Shown in pieces: positions 10,595 through 22,732 of a stretch of DNA of 64,000 nucleotides (its first letter is position 1; each line of letters begins with the position of its first letter). The stretch spans positions 3,162,001 to 3,226,000 of the forward strand of contig CM102285.1 of the NCBI GenBank assembly GCA_046563655.1. The letters run 5' to 3'. The DNA is from Yuukianura sp. NJ FZ-2021. Taxonomy: Eukaryota. Both the position numbers and the translations under genes were made by a program. The notes under the pieces are model-generated. The model saw nothing but the letters and a program-made list of their open reading frames with translations, was not told the DNA's origin and made no database searches.

Positions 10595-13152
10595 ATGGTC
10601 CTTATGCTCACTTGGTCGAGCGGAGTGCTCCTGGCCTTCTTCCTTGTAGCCTTGATCCTCATCTTCTGCGATAGAAAAGGCGGTAAGTTGAATGGTTATC
10701 TATTTTGCTGCTACTAACTATTAGTCTATTGGAAAAAAAACTTTCAATCTCCACAAAATTTTAAACGTTTCAAAATTTCAGTTCCGTCTTAACGTCAATA
10801 TAAAAGCTTTCCTCTTGACATGAAATCAGACTCCAATGCCAGAAGCAATCATAGCATAGGGATGGACATGCGCTTGTGCATTGAAAATCAAGTTGGAAAT
10901 ATAAATATTGAAAAAATAGGAAGAAAAAAAATTAGAAGCATTTTAAAATTTGAAACCAAGTAGCATTCACGCATGAAAAATTTTTTGGATAAATTAGTTG
11001 CAGAGGAATTTTATAATTGCGTTTCAATTTTGAAAAAAAGTTTCGTTTTTAACAGATTTGAACAAGCTTCCGCCTGGTCCGAACAGGTGGCCAATCATCG
11101 GCAGCCTTTTATTCATGGCCAAATACTCGAATCCAGCCGACGCTTTTGCAGCACTGAGTAAAACGTATGGCGACATTGTCTATCTGAAGCTCGGTTCCTT
11201 GGACGCCATTGTCTTGTCTAGCTTGGACACAATTCGGCAAGTACTGGTCACACGAGCGCCATTTTTTGATTCCCGTCCAGGGTTCCAGCGATTCCACATG
11301 CTTTTTGACAACAACAAAGATAACTGTAAGCATTTAAAAATTTCTTCAGAGATCTGTAGCTAACCGAATCTCAATTTGCAATAAAAATTGGAAAACTAAC
11401 AAAAAATTTCTCGTTTTAGCAATGGCGTTCAGCGATTGGTCAGACTCACTTCGCAAGAAGCGTGAAATTATTGGTCACCACACTTTTCCAAAAACGGCTT
11501 CAGATTTCTTCCAGAACGTCAGCACCATTGCGTCCACCGAACTTCAAGAAATGACCGAGACTTTGAAAAATTCAGTTTCAGCGACATCTAGCAGCACTGT
11601 TTGTGTCAAGCCGTTTCTCATGGAATCCACGTTCAAAATTTTCGCAAAATACTTTTGCAACACCGAAATCACTGACAAGAACCGCGAACAGGCCAAAGAG
11701 GTCATGAAAGCCTTTGACGATGTCTTCCAAGAAGTTAACTCCCAATGTGTGGGAGACATTTTTCCAACTCTGATGCCCATTTGCGGTAAAGGTCACTTGC
11801 CCAAGTACGGAGAAATCATTCGGGACTTCACGATGAAAGAATGTGTCCAACCGCGCATGGCTCTGATGAAGCACCGAGTACGCATGTCTCTTCCGGACAT
11901 TACCGAGGAGCCAGATTTGAGTCAAATGAGAATTCCACAGAGGAATTCAATTGCCAAAATGGACGGGTTAGAACCAAGCACAACCAGGATTCTCAATGGC
12001 TTCGTTCCGACTAAACCGGAGGAGCAAGTGGACAATCTTCTGGACGAATTTCTTGTCAACCTTGGTAAATTTGAAGATATGAGCCTTGACAATGCTCTGT
12101 TTGCATTTGAAGACATCTTGGGCGGTCACAGTGCAATTGCCAACTTTCTCACCACTGTGGTGGTCTACATTGCTCAAAATCCTGGCGTACGTCAAAAAGT
12201 CTGCGAAGAAGTTAAGCGCGTCGTTGGCACTGAAACGATCACGCTAGAGCACAAGTTGCCATACTGCGAGAGCGTCGTCTGGGAGTCTGCGCGGTGTATC
12301 TCATCGCTTCTCGTTCCGCATGTTGCTAACCAAGACACGTACATTGGAAGTAAGTTGCAAAAAAAAAATTCAGAAAAATTTAGAAAAACGAATTTCAAGT
12401 TGGTCTTTCAAAAAATTGGATCGTAGAATTCCTATTTTGCTTGACATTGGCTTACCATCTTAATATTTTCTGTCTGGGTCAGCTCCATTTGGGTTAAACT
12501 TTCAAATTTGGTTTATGCGTGTACTTTACACCTTGGTAAATAATTCAAAAAATTAGGCAGTTGAAGAATACATTTCAGTGATAAAAAGCGGAAAGAAAGC
12601 TATCCTAGATTTCGTAAAAATCACAAAAATTTAGGACGAGAAATCAAACTCACAGTGTCTGACCTAGATTTAACGTGAAGATTAAGCTACAAACTAAGTC
12701 AAGCAAAAAAATAAGAATTTTACCAAATTTTCATAACCAAAAATAGGAGAAACTGTAAAAAGTTCCTAACTTTTGAGCTAAACACAAACATTTTCTTTTG
12801 ATTCTTTGCAGATTACCGTGTCAAAAAAGGAACCATTTTCTTTTTGAATAATGTGGATCTCAACTTTTCAAAAAGTCACTGGGATCAACCAGAAAAGTTC
12901 ATGCCAGAGCGATTTCTTACTGAAGAAGGCCGAGTTCTAAAACCAGAACATTTTCTACCGTTTGGAACTGGACGACGATCTTGTCTTGGATTCAAAATGC
13001 TGCAGTACTGTTCATCTCTGGTCATTGCTAACTTATGCTCCAATTTTGACATTGAGCTTGACCCGAATGAAAAGTACGATTTGGCCCTTGGATTTGGAAC
13101 GCTGGCGGTTCCTGGAGATGGATACAAAATCAAGTTAACAAAACTGAACTGA
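10595..13152 (+). CDS. CYP307: Cytochrome P450 CYP307 (spook/spookier/spookiest family, ecdysteroid biosynthesis), ~542 aa
   Basis: Exons 10595-10682, 11056-11325, 11420-12349, 12812-13152, all GT-AG and phase 1. Shows an N-terminal TM anchor, PPGP hinge, the CYP307-like LFDNNKDNSMAFSDWS, the family-diagnostic I-helix EDILGGHSA (no AGxDT threonine), ExxR (ESAR), PERF and heme motif FGTGRRSCLG. Confidence 0.92.
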
Positions 13153-14154
13153 ACATCCTGCGCTTGCTCGCAAAGTTAACAAAGAGAACAGGACTGAAAA
13201 GAATTTTTTATAACTTTAGAACAAAAAATATTGAAATATTTAATATATAAAGCACTTTTTGTTGAACTAAAAAACTGCAAACTGCATAACTGCAGTTTAT
13301 AAAAAAAAATGCAAAGTGCGGTAAAGGAATCAAAATGGGATATTTTTGTTTTATGGGAAATGGTTAAGTCAAACTTAAAAACACGCGCAATAACAAAAAG
13401 TTTATGGTTGTACTTGTACTACTACAATTTAAAAGTCGCAATTACGTTTTAGATTACCTAAGCAGAGACAAATATAAAAAACTTGTTATTAAATTTTAAA
13501 TTGTTTTAAATATAAGGGGGAAATACGATTTATTTTTAAGAAAAACGGAGGTGTTTAAATAAAAGTTAATTTATTACCAAAAAAAAATGTGCACTTTAGC
13601 ATCGAATTGAGAAAATCGAATTGACAAATCTCTAAAATGTAAATTGCGTTTCTCTTGACGTCATCTCTTGCGGTATGCTGAAATTATCATCTTCGAATAC
13701 GATTCATTCCAATTATAAGTAGCCCAATTTCTAATGGAATTCTGGATTTTCCTGAAATTGCAGCGCACTTTCATATGCCAAGGACAAGGCACGCTCATCG
13801 CGCATGTAATGGCGTTGAGAAGTACACCTACGACGAAAATGAGAGACCTACCTTAAGGCCTAACCTAAGCTAAGTAAGTACTGCTGACAACTTTTAGTTT
13901 ATGTGCGATCTGACTATATAGAATCCTTTCGTTCTGCGTAGTCAAGTCTGAGGATCCAGAAAACTATAGCGAACTAATAAATTGCATTTACGAACACATA
14001 CGAGGGCGGGAAGAGCGTTTTTATATTACAAAATCGATATTAACTTTAGAGCTACTCTAAAAACCTAGTCGTTAGCGCAAACTGTAGGATTCTGAGCGTA
14101 TCGTTTTGTAAAAGGATTTCGACTTACAACAGTTTCTTATAGGAATCAGTTCAG

Positions 14155-15032
14155 TTATTTTAAAATTGGAATTTTCACGTCTGCTGCTTCGTCAGTAACG
14201 ATGCCGATTTCGTCAAGCAATTCCTTGGCAGATGTAGGACAATTTTCTAGAATGTTGCCAAGGACTTCCATGCATTTGTTCTTTCGAGTTCTCCATTCCC
14301 TGACGCAGAAGTTGAGATGAGACCGTGAGGCAGCCCGTTCTTTCTTGTCGACGACAACGGTAGTTTCCTTGAGGCTTTTCAATTTCTCTCGACGTCGCTC
14401 AACTTCCAAGCGAAGCTACACAAAATAGGGAACATGTAGTTTAGTAATCTGTGATAAAAACTCTTTCAGTATTTCATTGTCTGCCATCGTTAGATTAGAT
14501 TATCAAAGATATTTTGCGATGTCATTCATAACGGAATAAATCGAATAGTATCTGTACGTGTAGACATACGTCGGCAACGGCTTTCTGCAAGTCAGCTGTG
14601 CTCATCGAATCTTCAATTTTACGTAGCTCGCTCTGGAGTTCTTTTTTCTGGTTGTCTCGTTCCTTTTTAAGTTTTTCAGCAGCTTCAATTTGGAACTCCA
14701 AAGCTTTAATGGCATCAGGGCTCGCTTCATCCAAGAAACTTTGGTTTATGAAATAAATCTTTTGTTTCCCGTAAGATTTTTCAGTGACGTTTCCATCCTG
14801 AAAAGAAAACAGAGTTTATGAGTGTTAAGATTAAAAGTCAACATAAACGATTACTAAAAGTGAGGAGGAGGGGACTGACCTGAACTAACTTGTCGAGTAT
14901 TTTCTGAATACCAGACTTTCCAAGCTCCTTGTGCAGGTTTTGTGCAATGTCGCTCATGCTGTATGGTCGATTTTGCTTTGTCAAGTAATTCAGCACCACA
15001 TTTTCCCCATCGTCATCCTTTTTCTTGCTCAT
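14155..15032 (-). CDS. PSMC3IP: Homologous-pairing protein 2 (Hop2/TBPIP), ~213 aa
   Basis: Exons 15032-14880, 14797-14570, 14415-14155 (642 nt, phase 0 joins). Motifs: VLNYLTKQNRPYS, EKSYGKQKIYFINQ, coiled coil, EWRTRKNKC, KELLDEIGIVTDE. Confidence 0.92.
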
Positions 15033-15959
15033 GATTGTACCGTAACGCCAGTGAATATTAAACAATCGAGATGCGATGAACCACAACGGGGACCTCTCCA
15101 ACAATTCCTACAATTAAAACAAATCAGTTTTAACAAATGTACACTAAAGTACGTATTCATTAAACGACGAACATAACGCGGTAGCGATGTTCTAACCCTT
15201 TTTGTTACATTTGTTACCTTTGTTCTTAGTTGGTTACGGCGACGAACGTTGATCAGACAGCAACAACAGACTTACAACTTGTTAGTAACTTACCTCCAAT
15301 TGCAGATTCGCGAAGTTATGTGTCACGAACAATCGAACCAGTGAAAATGATCGACATGAAACCATGAAAGATCAAACCACCAAGAAACGAAACGAAAATG
15401 ACAGCGATGCGAACAATCTGATGCGAAGATGCGATCGCGATGGACACGGCAGAAAAAATGAAAAAGCCTAAACAAAACAAAAACAAAAGTATGAAATTCG
15501 CGCCATCCGTGAAAAAAAAATATAGACGCTCATGGTAAGTTCGTTATGCTGATGAAAACTAAAAGACGATTGTTTCACGGATTTCTAATATTTTACTAAT
15601 TAATTAACGATTTAATAATTTAAAAAATTAAATCAATTACAAATTGTAAATTAATAATTTACTTAGTTTGCTAATTATTTGTAAGTTGAGTTCCAAAGAA
15701 TTGTCAGGACAAAGGATTACTAAATATTAGTGTACGTATACGTTCTATGGAAGCTCTACGTACACGTTCTGTAATTCTATGGAACCTCTAAAATTTTGAC
15801 GAACTTCTAATTCTCAGGAATGTCTAAAATTTTGACTTGGTGACGAACTTCTAATTCTCTGGAATCTCTAAATTTTAAAACAATCATTAAAACATAAATG
15901 GATTTTCTAGAAAGGTTATTGATCTAGGGTTCATGTTCCCCCATTGTTTACTAGAAGTT

Positions 15960-16072
15960 ATAGACGGAAATGTTGAGTTGTTCTATGATAAAATCTATGT
16001 TATCTGAGATAATTGCGCTAACAGACAGACAGACAGGGTCAAGCCATAAAGTAGCTTTCGATACTTAATAAT
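15960..16072 (-). mobile_element. Truncated end of the same Helentron/DINE-like family
   Basis: GAGATAATTG...CAGACAGACAGACAG...ATAAAGTAGCTTTCGATACTTAATAA resembles the right-hand ends of the copies at ~5900-5944 and ~43050-43143. Confidence 0.55.
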
Positions 16073-16262
16073 AACATGTGTTGACATGTTTGAACTTTTT
16101 GAGTTTTGATGTTGCACAATGCACACTCAGGGACAAAAGGTTTCTATGCACATTTGAAAAAAAATCATCATATGTAAAAACATTTTATATCGTTATTAAT
16201 TGGGCCGGAGAAAATACAAACAAACAAATGGCGCTTTTTTGATACAAATGCGAAACCATCCT

Positions 16263-19200
16263 TTATAACTCGAACGTTACGCTGTTCCAATCCAAACACA
16301 GTTTTGGGTCGAACTCCTACACGAGCAGTTTGCATTCCATTCCTATAAATTTTTCAGCACGGTGTTATGCCACCTCTACTATCCGCACAACCACTAATAC
16401 TCCTCAGCGCTAAAATTTGCATGTAGACCAAAAAAGTTTAGCTCAAGTTTGTTCTGAGAAAGTTATAAATCAAACGTTACGCTGTTCTAATCCAAACTCA
16501 GTTTTGGGTCGAACGCCTTCGCGAGCCGTTTGCATTCCATTCCTATAAATTTTTCAGCATGGTGTTATGCCACCTCTACTACCTGCAGAACCACTAATGT
16601 TATTCAGCGCTAAAATTTGCATATAGACCAAAAAAATTTAGCTCACGTTTGTTCTTAGAAATTTATAAACCAAACGTTACACCGTTCTAATCCAAGCACA
16701 GTTTTGGTTCGAACGCCTTCGCTAGCCGTTTGCATTCCATTCCTATAAATTTTTCAGCATGGTGTTATGCCACCTCTATTATCCGCACAACCACTAATAC
16801 TCCTCAGCGCTAAAATTTGCATGTACACCAAAAAAGTTTAGCTCAAGTTTGTTCTGAGAAAGTTATAAATCAAACGTTACGCTGTTCTAATCCAAATTCA
16901 GTTTTGGGTCGAACGCCTTCGCGAGCCGTTTGCATTCCATTCCTATAAATTTTTCAGCATGGTGTTATGCCACCTCTACTATCTGCACAACCACTAAGGT
17001 TATTCAGCGCAAAAATTTGCATGTAGACCAAAAAAGTTTAGCTCAAGTTTGTTCTGAGAAAGTTATAAATCAAACGTTACGCTGTTCTAATCCAAACTCA
17101 GTTTTGGGTCGAACGCCTTCGCGAGCCGTTTGCATTCCATTCCTATAAATTTTTCAGCATGGTGTTATGCCACCTCTACTACCTGCAGAACCACTAATGT
17201 TATTCAGCGCTAAAATTTGCATATAGACCAAAAAAATTTAGCTCGCGTTTGTTCTTAGAAATTTATAAACCAAACGTTACACCGTTCTAATCCAAGCACA
17301 GTTTTGGTTCGAACGCCTTCGCTAGCCGTTTGCATTCCATTCCTATAAATTTTTCAGCATGGTGTTATGCCACCTCTATTATCCGCACAACCACTAATAC
17401 TCCTCAGCGCTAAAATTTGCATGTACACCAAAAAAGTTTAGCTCAAGTTTGTTCTGAGAAAGTTATAAATCAAACGTTACGCTGTTCTAATCCAAACTCA
17501 GTTTTGGGTCGAACGCCTTCGCGAGCCGTTTGCATTCCATTCCTATAAATTTTTCAGCATGGTGTTATGCCACCTCTACTATCTGCACAACCACTAAGGT
17601 TATTCAGCGCAAAAATTTGCATGTAGACCAAAAAAGTTTAGCTCAAGTTTGTTCTGAGAAAGTTATAAATCAAACGTTACGCTGTTCTAATCCAAACTCA
17701 GTTTTGGGTCGAACGCCTTCGCGAGCCGTTTGCATTCCATTCCTATAAATTTTTCAGCATGGTGTTATGCCACCTCTACTACCTGCAGAACCACTAATAC
17801 TCCTCAGCGCTAAAATTTGCATGTACACCAAAAAAGTTTAGCTCAAGTTTGTTCTGAGAAAGTTATAAATCAAACGTTACGCTGTTCTAATCCAAACTCA
17901 GTTTTGGGTCGAACGCCTTCGCGAGCCGTTTGCATTCCATTCCTATAAATTTTTCAGCATGGTGTTATGCCACCTCTACTACCTGCAGAACCACTAATGT
18001 TATTCAGCGCTAAAATTTGCATATAGACCAAAAAAATTTAGCTCACGTTTGTTCTTAGAAATTTATAAACCAAACGTTACACCGTTCTAATCCAAGCACA
18101 GTTTTGGTTCGAACGCCTTCGCTAGCCGTTTGCATTCCATTCCTATAAATTTTTCAGCATGGTGTTATGCCACCTCTATTATCCGCACAACCACTAATAC
18201 TCCTCAGCGCTAAAATTTGCATGTACACCAAAAAAGTTTAGCTCAAGTTTATTCTGAGAAAGTTATAAATCAAACGTTACGCTGTTCTAATCCAAATTCA
18301 GTTTTGGGTCGAACGCCTTCGCGAGCCGTTTGCATTCCATTCCTATAAATTTTTCAGCATGGTGTTATGCCACCTCTATTATCCGCACAACCACTAATAC
18401 TCCTCAGCGCTAAAATTTGCATGTACACCAAAAAAGTTTAGCTCAAGTTTGTTCTGAGAAAGTTATAAATCAAACGTTACGCTGTTCTAATCCAAACTCA
18501 GTTTTGGGTCGAACGCCTTCGCGAGCCGTTTGCATTCCATTCCTATAAATTTTTCAGCATGGTGTTATGCCACCTCTACTATCTGCACAACCACTAAGGT
18601 TATTCAGCGCAAAAATTTGCATGTAGACCAAAAAAGTTTAGCTAAAGTTTGTTCTGAGAAAGTTATAAATCAAACGTTACGCTGTTCTAATCCAAACTCA
18701 GTTTTGGGTCGAACGCCTTCGCGAGCCGTTTGCATTCCATTCCTATAAATTTTTCAGCATGGTGTTATGCCACCTCTACTATCTGCACAACCACTAAGGT
18801 TATTCAGCGCAAAAATTTGCATGTAGACCAAAAAAGTTTAGCTCAAGTTTGTTCTGAGAAAGTTATAAATCAAACGTTACGCTGTTCTAATCCAAACTCA
18901 GTTTTGGGTCGAACGCCTTCGCGAGCCGTTTGCATTCCATTCCTATAAATTTTTCAGCATGGTGTTATGCCACCTCTATTATCCGCACAACCACTAATAC
19001 TCCTCAGCGCTAAAATTTGCATGTAGACCAAAAAAGTTTAGCTCAACTTTGTTCTGAGAAAGTTATAAATCAAACGTTACGCTGTTCTAATCCAAACTCA
19101 GTTTTGGGTCGAACGCCTTCGCGAGCCGTTTGCATTACAGTCCTATAAATTTTTCAGCATGGTGTTATGCCACCTCTACTACCTGCAGAACCACTAATGT

Positions 19201-20215
19201 TATTCAGCGCTAAAATTTGCATATAGACCAAAAAAATTTAGCTCACGTTTGTTCTTAGAAATTTATAAACCAAACGTTACACCGTTCTAATCCAAGCACA
19301 GTTTTGGTTCGAACGCCTTCGCTAGCCGTTTGCATTCCATTCCTATAAATTTTTCAGCATGGTGTTATGCCACCTCTATTATCCGTACAACCACTAATAC
19401 TCCTCAGCGCTAAAATTTGCATGTACACCAAAAAAGTTTAGCTCAAGTTTGTTCTGAGAAAGTTATAACTCAAACGTTACGCTGTTCTAATCCAAACTCA
19501 GTTTTGGGTCGAACGCCTTCGCGAGCCGTTTGCATTCCATTCCTATAAATTTTTCAGCATGGTGTTATGCCACCTCTACTATCTGCACAACCACTAAGGT
19601 TATTCAGCGCAAAAATTTGCATGTAGACCAAAAAAGTTTAGCTCAAGTTTGTTCTGAGAAAGTTATAAATCAAACGTTACGCTGTTCTAATCCAAACTCA
19701 GTTTTGGGTCGAACGCCTTCGCGAGCCGTTTGCATTCCATTCCTGTAAATTTTTCAGCATGGTGTTATGCCACCTGTACTACCTGCAGAACCACTAATGT
19801 TATTCAGCGCTAAAATTTGCGTATAGACCAAAAAAATTTAGCTCACGTTTGTTCTTAGAAATTTATAAACCAAACGTTACACCGTTCTAATCCAAGCACA
19901 GTTTTGGTTCGAACGCCTTCGCTAGCCGTTTGCATTCCATTCCTATAAATTTTTCAGCATGGTGTTATGCCACCTCTATTATCCGCACAACCACTAATAC
20001 TCCTCAGCGCTAAAATTTGCATGTACACCAAAAAAGTTTAGCTCAAGTTTGTTCTGAGAAAGTTATAAATCAAACGTTACGCTGTTCTAATCCAAACTCA
20101 GTTTTGGGTCGAACGCCTTCGAGAGCCGTTTGCATTCCATTCCTATAAATTTTTCATCATGGTGTTATGCCACCTCTACTATCTGCACAACCACTAAGGT
20201 TATTCAGCCCTAAAA
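16263..20215. repeat. Tandem satellite, 200-bp unit, ~20 copies, three recurrent variants
   Basis: The same sequence recurs at exactly 200-nt spacing with no indels seen (e.g. CAAACGTTACGCTGTTCTAATCC at 16471, 16871, 17071 ... 20071). Confidence 0.98.
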
Positions 20216-21104
20216 AAGTTGATATAATATTTCCAGCAGTCCAGGAATGAATTATTTGCGCTAAAAATATCTCCAAATACATTATATCTGGATTAAAATG
20301 TGACAAAATTTTAAAGACCGATTCAATTAATTTAAACTCTGAAAATATTCATTCGTGGAGATACAATTTTTTTTTTTATAGAAATTAGTCTTTTGGCGGT
20401 GGCACTTGGCAAAATGCAAGGAGACCGAATATACGTACTAAATATCGCGGAGAGTGATCCGGAATGTAAAAAGAAAAGCAGGAAATACGCGGAGTTTAAC
20501 TGACAACGACATCACTGGGTAAAGTGCTATGAGTTCGAAGTTCGACCTCGTTGAAGAGCGTCCGAACTTGGATGCACTAAAAGTACTTGGATTATATCCA
20601 TATGGGCGCATGTTAAAAACAGAAATTTCGAGAAAAAGGTCATTGACATCACCAGACAACCCAAAAAATGACCTCTAAAAAAGTTGTTGGGCTTGATGAG
20701 GTGATCATTTTTTGTCCTCTGACATATTACCCTGTGACCTTCCGTTGAGGTCATAGGCCAATTTGAAGGTATAACATAACATAACATAACTAACTTTCAA
20801 ATAGATCAAGTTTCAAGTAAATAAAGGGTCAAACATTAAAAATAAAACTATAATATACAAAAGTTAAAAGCTTTACTGACTATAAATTAATCTAAGCTTT
20901 TGTTATTAGAGAGTAATTGCAAACCGAAATATATAAATGAATATAAATATAGATTCTATATTCATATTCTATATTTTGAAATATGGAACAGCTACACTTA
21001 TTGCACAATTTATGCGAAAAAATTACAAATACAAGTTACAGGAATTTCAAATGGTTGAGTCCTGTTTAAACCCTCCAAAGTAGACTGCGCTGGCAATGTG
21101 GACG

Positions 21105-21842
21105 AAATATATGTCGCGAAGGTATATGTCGCCACAATTAGTGTCGCCAAGTAAATTGTCATTTGTCGCCAAATGCTGGCGCAAAGTTTAAGGAATTAGA
21201 AAACACTTAAGTAACTTGTTACGGCGATAAAGTGTCAAAAATTCTGCCACTTGGCGACATTTGCGACATTCATCACTTGGCGACATTTGTCGGGCGACAT
21301 ATTTTTTGTAACGTGGTATTGACAAATGTCGACATTTTACGAAATTTCTGACGGCGACATTCAAATTTGCAACATTTATCTTTCCAACGTTCGCACGGCG
21401 ACATTTCAACTAACTCGAATCGGCGGCATTCCTAGGTTATTTGCCACAAGCAACAACATTCGTTAATTGCAATAGGGGTGACTGGCGACATTGAAACCGG
21501 CGACACGAGTTTCGGCAGCATTGCAATTAAGGACATTAGTTGGCGACATTGCAATTTGCGACAGGTTATGGCGACATTGAAACTAGTAAAATTCGACCCG
21601 GCGACATCGGTTACGGCGGCATTATCGTTTTAGGTTGTCTCTATTGGCGACTGACGTTGAAATTGGCGACATTACGTTTGACGACATTACCTTTGGCGAC
21701 GTTACAATTATTGAGATAGGGTATGCCGACATTTATTTGACGACATTGCGATTGGCGACATCGCAATTTCAGTTGGTATTGCGGTGGGCGACATTGCAAT
21801 TAGTGCCATAGGTTGCGGCGACATTGAAGCTAGCGACATTAA
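21105..21842. repeat. Array of ~30 degenerate GGCGACAT motifs with variable spacers; first four inverted
   Basis: TGTCGC at about 21112-21170, then GGCGACAT and variants roughly every 15-40 nt to 21840. Confidence 0.8.
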
Positions 21843-22732
21843 TAAAGGAAATTAATTTAGTTCTGAGTGTTTTTGGTCGGTTATATGTAAGAGGTCAGTC
21901 TACCTGGTTCACTTTTTTTTTTAAAATAGGCAACTTTGTTATATCCACCTTCCACCATACTAAAGTTTTAATTGAGGCAGATGCATTGGCCTTTGTTAAA
22001 AGATGGACTCTGGTGCCAGGCAGGACCTATGTGTTGGATAGAAGTTACATGGCAGGTGAAGGTGACTTAAGTGACAGATGAACAGGATTTTAAAAAACAC
22101 AGTCGTGTGGTCCAAGGTTACTAAGTCGACAGTTTCGTTTTCTAAGATCTGAAAAGATCCCGTTCTTGCACCAAAATAAACCTACAAAACACGTTTCTAG
22201 GTATAAAACCGCGGCTATTGGCCGCCACGTGGGTCCCCACGAAGAAAGCGTGAAGGAGTTTTGAACTTAGTTTGACAGGGAGACATAAGTTTTAAGCGCA
22301 AGGTGTATTTTTTAGCGCCGTGTTTTGTACAAGTTCACCTGCTTAGAAAATTTCCAACTATTTATCACCATCCTTGTATTTTTTTGTAGAAAAGATCCCA
22401 CTTTTCAGATGAGCAGATCGCATTAAAGTATAGTCGTTAAAAAATTATTACTGTATTTTTGCCGCAAAATATTTAATTGTGTAGCTTTTAAAGTTTAGAA
22501 AACCATTTACGTGAATGTGAAACATTTCTACAAAATCGAATTTTAAGGTTATATTTCAAGTACAATACGTTTTAAAATTTCTTGCAATTTACTATATGCT
22601 AAAGCAATTGGAAATTGATGCATTTGAATTTTGACCAAAATTTTGGGTCAATGTTATTTCATGAGTGTTTCATAATGCAGTGAGCACATTTTAAGCGCAA
22701 TTTTGTTGCGTTGAAAGTTTTTCTTTGAACTT

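Noticed and set aside
15745..15875. Short degenerate 35-45-bp tandem repeat (AATTCT..GGAA..TCTAAAATTTTGAC)
   Set aside because: Only 3-4 decayed copies, most likely part of the adjacent TE remnant; nothing further can be supported.
16930..19748. Five near-identical 72-aa ORFs (MHSIPINF...)
   Set aside because: They are by-products of satellite variant B, where TAA becomes AAA; they start at TTG and show no protein features.
16263..21842. CRISPR-like interpretation of the repeat arrays
   Set aside because: Eukaryotic context, no cas genes, no unique fixed-length spacers.
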